Assembly: GCA_947501685.1 (NCBI GenBank)
Contig: CANMWQ010000008.1
Span: forward strand, 871 to 64,870
DNA: 64,000 nt
DNA from: an uncultured Litoreibacter sp.
Lineage (GTDB): Bacteria; Pseudomonadota; Alphaproteobacteria; Rhodobacterales; Rhodobacteraceae
Direction of reading: 5' to 3'
A model generated the notes under the pieces. The model made no database searches and was not told where the DNA came from. It saw only the letters and a program-made list of their open reading frames with translations. How positions within the stretch are numbered: position 1 is the stretch's first letter; every line of letters begins with the position of its first letter. A program made the translations under genes and the position numbers. Of the stretch, positions 25,538 to 35,742 are shown in pieces.

Positions 25538-27340
25538 ATGAGACGGATGATCTGGGGGAAAATCGCGGGCGTGACGGCGGCACTGGCCTGTGCAGCATCT
25601 CCGCTTTGGGCGTTCGAGCTGAGATATTCGTCGAGCCTTGCCTCTGACAGCGTGAACGAACGGCTGGAGACCGCCTCCCTTTTGGTGCCCCTCGCCGGGC
25701 AGGACCAAGCCGACCCGCAAGACGTGCTGGCCGCTGCGCAAGCCGAATATGGCCGCATCGTCGGCACGCTCTATGACGAGGGCTATTTCGCACCCGTGGT
25801 CAATATCCGCATTGACGGGCGCGAGGCCGCCGCGATCTCCCCGCTTGAAGCGCCCGGCCGGATCGGCCGGATCGAGATACGCGTCGTCCCCGGCCCGCTC
25901 TTTCAATTTGGCGAAACTGCCCTTGCCCCCCTGCCCCGCGACGCGCGGAGCTCGGGGGCGTTTCAGACCGGTAAAACCGCCACCACCCGCGCGATCAGAA
26001 GCGCCGTGGACCAAGGCATTGAGGATTGGCGCGACGCGGGCCACGCCAAAGTGGCGCTGGGCGACCAACAGATCACCGCGCGCCATGCGCAGCGGCGGCT
26101 CGACGTCAATGTCGCGCTCAACCCCGGCCCCTTGCTGCGTTTTGGCAATCTGATTGCGCGCGGCAATCAAGCCGTGCGCACCGACCGGATCATCGACATT
26201 ACAGGCCTTCCGACGGGCGAAGTGTTTGACCCCGAAGAAATTCGCCGCGCCACCATACGCCTGCGCCGCACCGGCGTGTTCAGCGTTGCCGCACTGAGCG
26301 AGGCAGAACAGATCGGGCCAAACAACACGCTCGATATCGAGGCGCAATTCGTCGAGGAGAAGCCAAGGCGCTTCGGCTTTGGCGCGGAGATTTCCACGAC
26401 CGACGGTCTGGGGCTGGAAGCCTTCTGGATGCACCGCAACCTGTTTGGCGGCGCGGAACGGCTGCGGCTGGAGGCGGGCGTCGAAGGGATTGGCGGGCAG
26501 ACCGGCGGGGAAGATTACCGGCTGACGGCGCGCTTTACCCGGCCTGCCACGTTCAATGAGGACACCGACTTTTTCGCGATGGCCGAGATCGAAAGCCTGA
26601 ACGAGGAAAGCTTCACCTCCGACCGCGTATCGGTGGAGGCGGGCATCCGCCGTTTTGCCTCCGAGCAGCGCGAATACACGTTCGGGCTGGGCCTGGCGCG
26701 GGCCAAGACGGTGGATGCGTTCGGGGAGCGGGATTATACGATTTTCACCCTGCCCGCCTCGGCCGAATTTGACTATCGCGACAGCGAGCTGAACCCCACC
26801 TCGGGATATTACGCCTTGGCCAGCCTGACGCCGTTTGTCGCCATTGCTGGCACAGATAACGGCCTGCGCACCTATCTTGATGGCCGCGCCTATAAAACCG
26901 TCGGCGCGTCGCAAGGCCTGACCTTCGCGCTGCGCGGGCAGCTGGGCTCTTTGGCCGGGCCGTCACTGGCGAACGCGCCCACGGATTTTCTGTTTTACTC
27001 CGGCGGCGGCGGCACGGTGCGCGGGCAGGATTTCCAATCGCTGGGCATTGATCTGGGCGGCGGCCAGGAGATCGGCGGACGCTCCTTTCTGGGCCTGTCC
27101 GGGGAGCTGCGCGTGAAGACCACCGACAAGCTGAGCCTCGTGGGCTTTTATGACGCGGGCTTCATCAGCGCCGAGGCCTTCCCGGATGGCTCAAACGGCG
27201 ACTGGCATAGCGGCGCCGGGCTTGGCGTGCGCTATGACACCGGCATTGGCCCGATCCGGGTGGATGTGGGCGTGCCCGTCAGCGGGCCGGGCGACAATAC
27301 CGGCTTTGAGATCTACATCGGCATTGGGCAGGCGTTCTGA
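25538..27340 (+). CDS. tamA: TamA outer-membrane Omp85 protein
   Basis: POTRA-like N-terminus, GGGGTVRG, GLGVRYDTGIGPIRVD, terminal Phe. Confidence 0.92.
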   Translation: MRRMIWGKIAGVTAALACAASPLWAFELRYSSSLASDSVNERLETASLLVPLAGQDQADPQDVLAAAQAEYGRIVGTLYDEGYFAPVVNIRIDGREAAAISPLEAPGRIGRIEIRVVPGPLFQFGETALAPLPRDARSSGAFQTGKTATTRAIRSAVDQGIEDWRDAGHAKVALGDQQITARHAQRRLDVNVALNPGPLLRFGNLIARGNQAVRTDRIIDITGLPTGEVFDPEEIRRATIRLRRTGVFSVAALSEAEQIGPNNTLDIEAQFVEEKPRRFGFGAEISTTDGLGLEAFWMHRNLFGGAERLRLEAGVEGIGGQTGGEDYRLTARFTRPATFNEDTDFFAMAEIESLNEESFTSDRVSVEAGIRRFASEQREYTFGLGLARAKTVDAFGERDYTIFTLPASAEFDYRDSELNPTSGYYALASLTPFVAIAGTDNGLRTYLDGRAYKTVGASQGLTFALRGQLGSLAGPSLANAPTDFLFYSGGGGTVRGQDFQSLGIDLGGGQEIGGRSFLGLSGELRVKTTDKLSLVGFYDAGFISAEAFPDGSNGDWHSGAGLGVRYDTGIGPIRVDVGVPVSGPGDNTGFEIYIGIGQAF

Positions 27341-30300
27341 TGTTGGCGAGACTGCTTTTCATATTTGCCCTGCTGCTGCCTGTCGCCGCCACCGCGCAGG
27401 AGGATGACAAAGGCTACCTGACCCGGCTGCTGCAAGACAGCCTTGGCGGAGAGGGGCGCGACGTGCAGATCGACGGCTTTGCCGGCGCGTTTTCCAGCGA
27501 GGCCACGATAGAGCAGATCACCTTTGCCGACGCGCAGGGCATCTGGCTGACGCTTGAGGATGTGGTCCTCAATTGGAACCGCAGCGCGCTGCTGCGCGGC
27601 CGTATCGAGATTGAAGAACTGTCCACCGCACGGATTGTTTTGCCCCGCCCGCCCGTCGCCGAAGAGGACGCGCTGCCGCCTGCGGAGGCGCAGGGCTTTG
27701 CGTTGCCAGACCTGCCCGTATCGGTGGTGATCAACCGGTTGGCCGCTGCGGAGATCACGCTTGGCGCGGCGGTTCTGGGACAGGATGCACGTTTGAAACT
27801 GGACGCCTCCGGCAGCTTGGCGGGTGGCGCGGGCAAGCTTGTGCTCAACGCGGAGCGGATCGACGGCCAGCGCGGCCTTTTCACTGTCGATGCCGGGTTT
27901 GAGGGCGGCGACGCGCCGCTGACCCTGTCGCTGACATTGGAAGAAGACCCCGGCGGCATCGCGGCGCAGCTTTTGGAGCTGCCCGGCATGCCTGGCGTCG
28001 CCCTTGAGCTGGCAGGCGAAGGCCCGCTGGACGATTTCGCGACCGACATAAGGCTGGCCACAGATGGGCAGGACCGCCTGAGCGGACAAGTGGTGCTGCG
28101 CGGAGGGGGCGGCACGGATGGGCGGCAATTCTCCGCAGATATTGGCGGCGATGTCACAGCGCTGTTTGCGCCGCAATACCGGTCCTTCTTTGGCGACGAT
28201 CTGCAACTTGTCGTCTCGGGCGCGCAAGGTGCGGACGGCGCGCTGACATTGGACGAGCTGATGCTCGACACGCAGGCGCTACGACTGGGCGGCACGGTGG
28301 CGCTGAACGCGGATAGCTGGCCGGTGAAGCTGGACCTGACGGGCGATTTGGGGGCCGCGAACGGCGCGCCTGTCTTGCTGCCCATCCCCGGCGAAGAGAC
28401 CCGCGTGAACACGGCAAACTTGCGCGTGACCTATGACGCCGAGGACGGCCAAAGCTGGCAAGGCGCGTTTGACGCGCAAGGCTTCACGCGGCCCGGCATG
28501 GAGCTAGGACAGATGGCGCTTGAGGCCAGCGGCGTGCTGGACGGAGCGGTCGGCGCTATTGGCCGGGTGACGGCAGATGTGGCGCTGAACGTGGACGGCG
28601 TGGCGCTGGAGGATGACGCCTTGGCGCAGGCCGTGGGCGACGCTTTGTCCGGCGCGTTGACAGTGGACTTTGTCGAAGACCAGCCGATCAAACTGACCGG
28701 GCTGGCGCTGAGCGGCGCCGATTACGCGCTGACCGGGGAGGCCACGATCGGCGCCTTGGAAGACGGGTTCGAGACGCTGTTCGACATTATGCTATCGGCG
28801 CAAGATCTGTCGCGCTTCTCAGCGATCAGCGGGCAGGATTTGCAGGGCGAGGCCGAGCTGGCGCTGGACGGGCGCGCGGATTTGGGCGGCAGTTTCGATA
28901 TGGACGTGGCGGGCGAGGTTGAGGGGGTCTCCACCGGGATTGCGCAGGCAGATGCGCTCTTGGCCGGGCGGACAACCTTGCGCATGGAAGCGCTGCGCGA
29001 CATGGACGGCACCGTGCTGCGCGGGCTCGATCTGCGTAATGCGCAGCTGTCATTTACCGGCGATGCGCGGCTGGCCACGGAAGCCTCCGAGGTCACGTTC
29101 GACGCCAAACTGAACGAGGCCGGGCTGGTCGCGGAGCAGCTGGACGGCCCGCTGACCGTCGCAGGGCGCGCTCAGCAAGACACGCGCGGCTGGTCGGTGG
29201 ATGTGGACGCTGACGGGCCGTTTGATGCAACCGCCAGCATCGACGGGCTGGCCACCGGGCCGAATGCGGCGCTGAATTTCGTGCTGGCCCTGCCCGACAT
29301 CAAGCCGCTGGTTCCCGCCTATGAGGGTGCGGCCACGCTGCGCGGCACGGCGGCACAATCAACCGAGGGCTGGCGGCTCGACACGGATGTGGACGGGCCT
29401 TACGGGTTGGTCGCAGCGGTCGAGGGGCGCGTTACGGGCGAGAACGCGCCGGATGTTCGTTTTGACGCGCGGCTGCCGGATGTGCAGCCCTTCGCGCCGC
29501 AATTTAACGGGCCGCTCAGCGTCTCCGGCACGGCGCAGATGCAGGGTGATGGCATTGTGGTCGACACGCAAGCCGATGGTCCTTACGGGCTGGTCGCGGC
29601 GGTCGAGGGGCGCGTGACGGGCGAGAACGCGCCGGATGTTCGCTTTGACGCGCGGCTGCCAAATGTGCAGCCCTTCGCGCCGCAATTTAACGGACCGCTG
29701 AGTGTCTCTGGCACGGCGCAGATGCAGGGCGAAAGCCTTGTGGTTGAGACGCAGGCCGACGGCCCTTACGGGTTGGACGCGCAGGTCAGCGGCGCTGTGA
29801 CCGGGCCCGCCCCAGCTGTGGATTTCGCGTTGAGGCTGCCAAATGTCGCGCCGCTTGTGCCGCAATTCTCGGGGCCGCTTTCAGTGAACGGCAATGCGCG
29901 TCAGGAAAGCGCGGGCTGGTTCATTGACACCGCGCTGCAAGGGCCTGCCGGGGCCGCGGCTGACGTCACGGGACGTGTGGCGAATGACGGGCAACTGGCG
30001 CTCTCTGCCGCCGGAGACCTGCCGTTGGCCTTGGCCAATCCCTTCATCCAACCGCGCAGCTTGCAAGGGCAGGCGCGGTTTGATTTGCGGGTCGATGGCC
30101 CGGCGGCGCTGAGCTCTGTTTCAGGACGGATCACGGCCTCGGATGGACGCCTTTCTGCACCAAGCTTCCGGGTCGCTTTGACCGGGATCAACGCCGATGT
30201 GGCGCTGGCCTCGGGCCGCGCGGAGGTGAATGTGAGCGGCGACGTGTCGTCCGGCGGACGGGTCAGCTTGCGGGGGCCGGTGACGCTGACGGGGGCCATG

Positions 30301-31287
30301 CCCGCGCAGTTTGATATCGGCATTGAGCAGGTGCAGGTCGTGGACCCGGCACTGTACCGCACCATTTTGAACGGCGCATTGACCGTCAACGGCCCGCTGC
30401 AAGGTGGCGCGCGTATCGCGGGACAAATCAACGTGGGCGAGACGCAGGTGACGGTGCCGTCCACCGGACTGGGCGGCTTCACCATCGTGCCCGAGATCAC
30501 CCATATCCGCGCCTCGGACGCTGTGCGCCAGACGCAAGGCAAAGCCGGGCTGATCAAGGACACAGCGCCCGAGAGCGGCGCGGCGGGGCCTGCCTTCCCG
30601 CTTGATGTGACGATCGCCGCCCCTGCCCGAATTTTCGTGCGCGGGCGCGGTCTGGATGCAGAACTTGGCGGGCAGTTGCGGCTGACAGGAACCACGGCAA
30701 ACATCGTCTCTGCGGGTCGGTTCGAGCTGATCCGGGGCCGCTTGGACATTCTGGAAAAACGCTTCACGCTGGATGAAGGCAGCGTTCAGTTGCAGGGCAA
30801 TTTCGACCCGTTCCTGCGCTTTGTCGCCACCACCCGCACCCAAGCAGGCACCGCCAGTGTGATCATCGAGGGCGCAGCCTCCGAGCCCGAGGTGCGGTTC
30901 GAATCCTCCCCCGAGGCCCCGCAGGACGAGGTGCTGGCGCAGATTTTCTTTGGCCGCGACGCCACGCAGCTTTCGGCCTTCCAAGCGCTGCAACTGGCCA
31001 ATGCCGTGGCCACTTTGGCGGGCGGCGGCGATGGCGGGGTCGTGTCGCAACTGCGCCGCAGCTTTGATCTGGATGATCTGGACGTGACCACCGACGCCGA
31101 AGGCAACACCGCGCTGCGGGTCGGAAAATACATCTCGGACAACATCTACACGGATGTCGAACTGGGCGGAGAGGACGGCGCGGAGGTCTCGCTGAACATT
31201 GACCTGACGCCCAACCTGACCGCGCGCGGCAGCGCCAATTCCGTGGGGGAGACCTCGCTGGGCGTGTTTTTCGAAAAGGACTATTAA
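27340..31287 (+). CDS. tamB: TamB translocation/assembly module protein
   Basis: N-terminal TM anchor, C-terminal DUF490-like region (RGRGLDAELGG...VGKYISDNIY...FFEKDY), coupled to tamA. Confidence 0.92.
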   Translation: MLARLLFIFALLLPVAATAQEDDKGYLTRLLQDSLGGEGRDVQIDGFAGAFSSEATIEQITFADAQGIWLTLEDVVLNWNRSALLRGRIEIEELSTARIVLPRPPVAEEDALPPAEAQGFALPDLPVSVVINRLAAAEITLGAAVLGQDARLKLDASGSLAGGAGKLVLNAERIDGQRGLFTVDAGFEGGDAPLTLSLTLEEDPGGIAAQLLELPGMPGVALELAGEGPLDDFATDIRLATDGQDRLSGQVVLRGGGGTDGRQFSADIGGDVTALFAPQYRSFFGDDLQLVVSGAQGADGALTLDELMLDTQALRLGGTVALNADSWPVKLDLTGDLGAANGAPVLLPIPGEETRVNTANLRVTYDAEDGQSWQGAFDAQGFTRPGMELGQMALEASGVLDGAVGAIGRVTADVALNVDGVALEDDALAQAVGDALSGALTVDFVEDQPIKLTGLALSGADYALTGEATIGALEDGFETLFDIMLSAQDLSRFSAISGQDLQGEAELALDGRADLGGSFDMDVAGEVEGVSTGIAQADALLAGRTTLRMEALRDMDGTVLRGLDLRNAQLSFTGDARLATEASEVTFDAKLNEAGLVAEQLDGPLTVAGRAQQDTRGWSVDVDADGPFDATASIDGLATGPNAALNFVLALPDIKPLVPAYEGAATLRGTAAQSTEGWRLDTDVDGPYGLVAAVEGRVTGENAPDVRFDARLPDVQPFAPQFNGPLSVSGTAQMQGDGIVVDTQADGPYGLVAAVEGRVTGENAPDVRFDARLPNVQPFAPQFNGPLSVSGTAQMQGESLVVETQADGPYGLDAQVSGAVTGPAPAVDFALRLPNVAPLVPQFSGPLSVNGNARQESAGWFIDTALQGPAGAAADVTGRVANDGQLALSAAGDLPLALANPFIQPRSLQGQARFDLRVDGPAALSSVSGRITASDGRLSAPSFRVALTGINADVALASGRAEVNVSGDVSSGGRVSLRGPVTLTGAMPAQFDIGIEQVQVVDPALYRTILNGALTVNGPLQGGARIAGQINVGETQVTVPSTGLGGFTIVPEITHIRASDAVRQTQGKAGLIKDTAPESGAAGPAFPLDVTIAAPARIFVRGRGLDAELGGQLRLTGTTANIVSAGRFELIRGRLDILEKRFTLDEGSVQLQGNFDPFLRFVATTRTQAGTASVIIEGAASEPEVRFESSPEAPQDEVLAQIFFGRDATQLSAFQALQLANAVATLAGGGDGGVVSQLRRSFDLDDLDVTTDAEGNTALRVGKYISDNIYTDVELGGEDGAEVSLNIDLTPNLTARGSANSVGETSLGVFFEKDY
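29212..29940 (+). repeat. ~60-61-aa modular repeats inside tamB
   Basis: DGP(F/Y)G motif at 29212, 29392, 29575, 29758; the 183-bp units at 29392 and 29575 are near-identical. Confidence 0.85.
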
Positions 31288-31309
31288 GGGCTTTCGCCGA
31301 AGGGTCTTC

Positions 31310-31336
31310 TAATGTATGCGTTAATGTATACATTAA
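31310..31336. promoter_or_regulatory. Candidate GntR operator
   Basis: Perfect palindrome TTAATGTATACATTAA (31321-31336) preceded by a second TAATGTATGC half-site. Confidence 0.65.
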
Positions 31337-31351
31337 GCAGGAAGGCCTCTC

Positions 31352-32440
31352 ATGGCACAGAGTTTCGACATAGCCGTTTTCGAAGGCGACGGCATCGGGC
31401 CGGAAATCACCGCCCCCACCACCGCGCTGCTGGGCGCTTTGGCCGCCAAATCCGGGACCTACGCGCTGAATTTCAAGAGCCACGCCGCAGGGGCCGCGCA
31501 TTACGCAAAGACCGGCGACAGCCTGCCCGAGGCCTCGCTGAAAGCCGCTGAGGTCGCCGACGCAATCCTACTCTCGGCCATGGGGCTGCCGGATGTGCGC
31601 TACGATGACGGCACCGAGATCTCGCCACAGATTGACCTGCGCAAAGCCTTCAAACTCTTCGCAGGCGTGCGCCCCGTGCGCGTGGCACCCGGCGGGCTGA
31701 CCCCGCTGAAGCTGCCGGAGGGCAAAGGCATCGATTTCGTGCTGATCCGCGAAAGCACCGAAGGGCTGTTCCACACCCAAGGCACCGGCGAGGTCACCGA
31801 AAACGAGGCCCGCGAAACGCTGCTGATCACGCGTGACGTTTGCGAACAGCTTTTCGCCTTCGCCTTCAACATGGCGCGGGAGCGCAAAGCCCAAGGCCGC
31901 GGGCCGGGCCGCGTCACCTGCGTCGACAAGGCCAACGTCTTCCGCGCCTTCGCCTTCTTCCGCCAGCTGTTCGACGAGGAGGCCGCCAAGCACAAGGGCC
32001 TCACCGCCGACCACGCCTATGTTGACGCCACCGCCCTGTGGATGGTTCAAAAGCCGTGGGAGTTCGACGTGATGGTGACCGAAAACATGTTTGGCGACAT
32101 TCTCAGCGATCTGGGTGCCGGGCTGATGGGCGGGCTGGGGCTGGCGCCTTCGGCTGACATTGGCCTGCATCAGGCGGTGTTTCAGCCCTGCCACGGATCG
32201 GCTCCGGATATTGCGGGGCAAGGCCGCGCCAACCCGTTTGCGATGATCCTGTCAGGGGCCATGATGCTGGATTGGCTGGGGCTCAAACACAACCTGCCCG
32301 CGATGTGTGAGGACGGCGCGCGGCTGCGCGAGGCAGTCGATGCGCAGGTCGCCGCCCGCGCCGATGTGACGGCGGATCTGGGCGGCACGGCCTCCACGGT
32401 GCAGGCGGCCCAAGCAGTGCAGAAAGCGCTTGGATGCTGA
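31352..32440 (+). CDS. Isocitrate/isopropylmalate (beta-decarboxylating) dehydrogenase family
   Basis: EGDGIGPE, RESTEG, DKANV, ENMFGDILSD, QPCHGSAPDIAG. Confidence 0.92.
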   Translation: MAQSFDIAVFEGDGIGPEITAPTTALLGALAAKSGTYALNFKSHAAGAAHYAKTGDSLPEASLKAAEVADAILLSAMGLPDVRYDDGTEISPQIDLRKAFKLFAGVRPVRVAPGGLTPLKLPEGKGIDFVLIRESTEGLFHTQGTGEVTENEARETLLITRDVCEQLFAFAFNMARERKAQGRGPGRVTCVDKANVFRAFAFFRQLFDEEAAKHKGLTADHAYVDATALWMVQKPWEFDVMVTENMFGDILSDLGAGLMGGLGLAPSADIGLHQAVFQPCHGSAPDIAGQGRANPFAMILSGAMMLDWLGLKHNLPAMCEDGARLREAVDAQVAARADVTADLGGTASTVQAAQAVQKALGC

Positions 32441-33444
32441 AGGTCGCCTGCATTGGCGCGGGCTATTTCAGCCAATTTCATTTTGACGCTTGGCGGCGCA
32501 TTGACGGCGCGCAGATCGTGGGCCTGACCAACCGCGACCGCCCCAAGGCGGAGGCCACCGGCCTGCCCGTCTACGACGACCTCGCGCAGATGCTGGGGCA
32601 GGCAAAGCCGGACATTCTCGACATCATCACCCCGCCCGAAACCCATGCGGAGGCCATCACGCAGGCGCTGCAACATGACCTGAAAGCCATCATCTGCCAA
32701 AAGCCGTTCTGTACCTCTCTGGCTGAAGCAGAAGAGATCAGCCAGAAGGCGCAAGCCGCCGGTATCCCGCTGATCATACACGAGAATTTCAGGTTCCAGC
32801 CTTGGTATCGCGTGATCCGCGACCGCATCGCGGCGGGCGATATCGGCAGGCCTCTGCAAGCCCGGTTCCATCTGCGCCCCGGCGACGGTCAGGGGGCGCG
32901 CGCCTATCTCGACCGCCAGCCCTATTTTCAGCAAATGCCTCGTTTTCTGATCCATGAAACGGGCGTGCATTGGATCGACACGTTCCGGTTTCTCTTCGGC
33001 GACCCGGTGGCGGTCTACGCTGATTTGCGGCGCGTGAATGACGCGATTGCGGGCGAGGATGCGGGGTTTTTCACCCTCGATCACCCAGACGGCATGCGCT
33101 GCCTCTTTGACGGCAACCGCTGCCTTGACCACGCCGCGACCAACACCCGCCGCACCATGGGCGAAGGCGTGTTTGAGGGCACCGAGGGCACGCTGAACCT
33201 CTGGGGCGACGGGTCGGTCACGCTGCGGGCCTTTGGCACGACAGATAGCACCGAGCTTCTGCCCTCCGACACCCATGACACGTTCGGCGGCGATTGCACC
33301 TACGCGCTTTGCGCCCATGTCGCTCAGGCGCTGCAAGACGGCTCCGCTTTTGAAAATCTGGCGCAGGACTACCTCAATGTCCTGCGCGTCGAGGCCGCGA
33401 TCTACCGCTCGGCGGAGCGCGGCGCAAAACTGACGCTGACATGA
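32434..33444 (+). CDS. Gfo/Idh/MocA oxidoreductase (D-apiose-dehydrogenase-like)
   Basis: IGAGYFS, ICQKPF, HENFRFQPWY, ETGVHWID. Confidence 0.88.
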   Translation: MLKVACIGAGYFSQFHFDAWRRIDGAQIVGLTNRDRPKAEATGLPVYDDLAQMLGQAKPDILDIITPPETHAEAITQALQHDLKAIICQKPFCTSLAEAEEISQKAQAAGIPLIIHENFRFQPWYRVIRDRIAAGDIGRPLQARFHLRPGDGQGARAYLDRQPYFQQMPRFLIHETGVHWIDTFRFLFGDPVAVYADLRRVNDAIAGEDAGFFTLDHPDGMRCLFDGNRCLDHAATNTRRTMGEGVFEGTEGTLNLWGDGSVTLRAFGTTDSTELLPSDTHDTFGGDCTYALCAHVAQALQDGSAFENLAQDYLNVLRVEAAIYRSAERGAKLTLT

Positions 33445-34103
33445 ACAAACCCTCCAGCACCGCCATGGCCGTGGAACGCCTGCGCAACCTGATCTTCAAA
33501 GGGGAGCTGCCCCCCGGCTCTGACCATCTCGAAACCGAGCTGGCCGCGCAGCTGGGCCTGTCCCGCACCCCGGTCCGGGAGGCGCTTTTGGTGCTGGAAA
33601 GCCAAGGGCTGGTCGATGTGCGGCCCCGCAAAGGCGTGCGGATCAGGCCGATCTCCCCCAAGGATATGGCGGAGATTTACGACGTGCTGACCGAGCTGGA
33701 AAGCCTTGCCGCCCGCCGCGCGGCTGAGGCAGGCCATGACGCGGAGGCCCTCGCGCCACTGGCCCGCAGTATTGACAATATGGACCGCGCGCTGGCCTCC
33801 GAGGATCGCGAGGCCTGGGCCAGCGCCGATGACCAGTTCCACATGGAGCTCGTCCGTTTAGGCCAAAACGCCCGCATCGCCTCCATCGTGCAGATGATGG
33901 CCGATCAGGTCCGCCGCGCGCGGCAGGTGACGCTTTATATGCGCGACCCGCCGCTGCAATCCAATGACGACCACCGGCGCGTGCTCGACGCCATCGCCTC
34001 GGGTGCGCCGGACAAGGCCGCGCAGCTCCACCGCGCCCATCGCGACGCGGCCAAAGCCACGCTCATCGCGCTTCTGGAAACCCACCAGCTGAAACAGCTC
34101 TGA
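33441..34103 (+). CDS. GntR family regulator with FCD domain
   Basis: ELAAQLGLSRTPVREAL HTH; FH..L and H motifs of FCD. Confidence 0.92.
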   Translation: MNKPSSTAMAVERLRNLIFKGELPPGSDHLETELAAQLGLSRTPVREALLVLESQGLVDVRPRKGVRIRPISPKDMAEIYDVLTELESLAARRAAEAGHDAEALAPLARSIDNMDRALASEDREAWASADDQFHMELVRLGQNARIASIVQMMADQVRRARQVTLYMRDPPLQSNDDHRRVLDAIASGAPDKAAQLHRAHRDAAKATLIALLETHQLKQL

Positions 34104-34113
34104 CGGCCCCGGT

Positions 34114-34173
34114 TTCCATTTGGTTCAAAATACTCTCGGAGGGGGTTTGGGGGAGAGCGAAGCGGTCCCCCAA
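34114..34173 (-). repeat. REP of same family as 20601-20680
   Basis: Minus strand contains CCCCCAAACCCC and GAGTATTTTGAA. Confidence 0.6.
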
Positions 34174-34203
34174 CGGATCGCCGACGCAGTCGGCGAAAGC
34201 CTC

Positions 34204-35742
34204 TCAACTTTCAGGCGGTGCACCACCTGCCTCAGTCCTGCGGCCAATGTAGTCCTGCAGCCCCGCGACCCTATCCGCATCCAGCACAGGCCGCGCATCG
34301 GCCGCCAGAATGTCCTTCCACACCTGCGTCGCCCGCGTGCTGGCATCCTGCGCGCCGCGCTCTTCCCACGTGCCGAAATTGGCGTAGTCATGCACAACCG
34401 GCTCGTAAAACTCGGTGTTGTAGCGCGCCATGGTCTGGCTGGTCGCGAAGAAATGCCCGCTGGGCGCGACCTCGCTTAGCGCGGTCTCAAACCCGATCTC
34501 CTCCGGTCCCGCCCGCGCGCCTGCGCAAAGCTCGGCCACCATGTTCAGCACCTCCACATCGGTGATCAGCTTTTCATAGGAAACGGACAAGCCGCCCTCC
34601 AGCCAACCTGCGGAATGGATGACCACCGTGGCCCCGGCCATCAGGCAGCCCCAGAGCCCCATCTGGTTCTCATTGGCCGCCTGCACGTCGTTCAAATTGG
34701 ACGCTGACCCCGCCGCTGAGCGCCACGGCAAGCCGGTGAACCGCGCCAATTGGCCTGCTGCGAGCGAGGCTTGAAAATGCGAGGGGGTTCCGAAAGCGGG
34801 CGCTCCGGATTTCATGTCTACGTTTGAGGTGAAGGTGCCGTAGCAGACCGGCGCGCCGGGGCGCACGAGCTGGGTCAGGGTGATCGCGGCCAGCGCTTCG
34901 GCATGGCTCAAGGTGATCGCGCCCGCCACGGTGATCGGGGCCATCGCACCCATCAAGGTGAAGGGCGTGACAATCGACACCTGCCCCGCGCGGGCAAAAT
35001 CAATCAGACCTTGGGCCATCGGGATGTCCAGCGTGCGCGGGCTGTTGGTGTTGATGATCGTGTAGCTCTGCGGCTCCGCCATAAAAGCATCGTCGCTGAG
35101 CCCGCGAAAATCGCGCAGCATCTCGAAGCTCTCTTCCACCTGCGGCGTGCCGCGCGAGAAGATGAAGGGCAGCTTATCCGACAAGGTCAGCTGCGCCTCC
35201 ATGGTGAAATAGTGGCGAAGTTGCGTGGCCACGTCCTGCGGCTCAATAAGCGGCGGCATCATCTGGAAGACGTCGAAATGCTGCGTCAGCTGGATCAGCT
35301 CGCGGAAATCACGGCCAGAACCGGGCCTGCGGCCGCGGTCAAGATCGGTGGCATGCGGCGCGCCTGCGCCGGGTTGAAACACCAGCGAGCCAAGCTCCAG
35401 CAGCACGTCGCGGTCGCGCGCGCCTGCGCGGCAGAGGATGGATTTGGGGGCGGAGGCCAGCGCGGCCTCCACCATGTCGCGGCCGATATGGACCATCTCG
35501 CCGTCGACCTTCGCGCCGCCTTGCCTGAAGATCGCACGCGCCTGGGGCAGCAGGGTCTTTATGCCCAGATCTTCAAGCGTGCGCAGGGCGGCATCGTGCA
35601 TGTCCGCGATCTGATCGGCGGAGAACACCTCCATCGGGGGAAAGGGGTTTTTCAGCTGGCGGTAATTGACCTCGCGTTGCACGGGCGCGGCCTTGGCCTC
35701 CGCCCTGCCCCGCCTGCGCGTTTTGCGAGGCCCGTCGCTCAT
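34204..35742 (-). CDS. Trimethylamine methyltransferase MttB family (non-pyrrolysine)
   Basis: INTNSPR, TPFTLMGAMAP, SNVDMKSGAPAFGTP, HSAGWLEGG; start MSDGPRK at 35742. Confidence 0.9.
   Translation of the reverse strand: MSDGPRKTRRRGRAEAKAAPVQREVNYRQLKNPFPPMEVFSADQIADMHDAALRTLEDLGIKTLLPQARAIFRQGGAKVDGEMVHIGRDMVEAALASAPKSILCRAGARDRDVLLELGSLVFQPGAGAPHATDLDRGRRPGSGRDFRELIQLTQHFDVFQMMPPLIEPQDVATQLRHYFTMEAQLTLSDKLPFIFSRGTPQVEESFEMLRDFRGLSDDAFMAEPQSYTIINTNSPRTLDIPMAQGLIDFARAGQVSIVTPFTLMGAMAPITVAGAITLSHAEALAAITLTQLVRPGAPVCYGTFTSNVDMKSGAPAFGTPSHFQASLAAGQLARFTGLPWRSAAGSASNLNDVQAANENQMGLWGCLMAGATVVIHSAGWLEGGLSVSYEKLITDVEVLNMVAELCAGARAGPEEIGFETALSEVAPSGHFFATSQTMARYNTEFYEPVVHDYANFGTWEERGAQDASTRATQVWKDILAADARPVLDADRVAGLQDYIGRRTEAGGAPPES

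Noticed and set aside
34204-35742. Pyrrolysine recoding in MttB
   Set aside because: No in-frame TAG; the frame is open to a TGA stop and no pyl genes are present.
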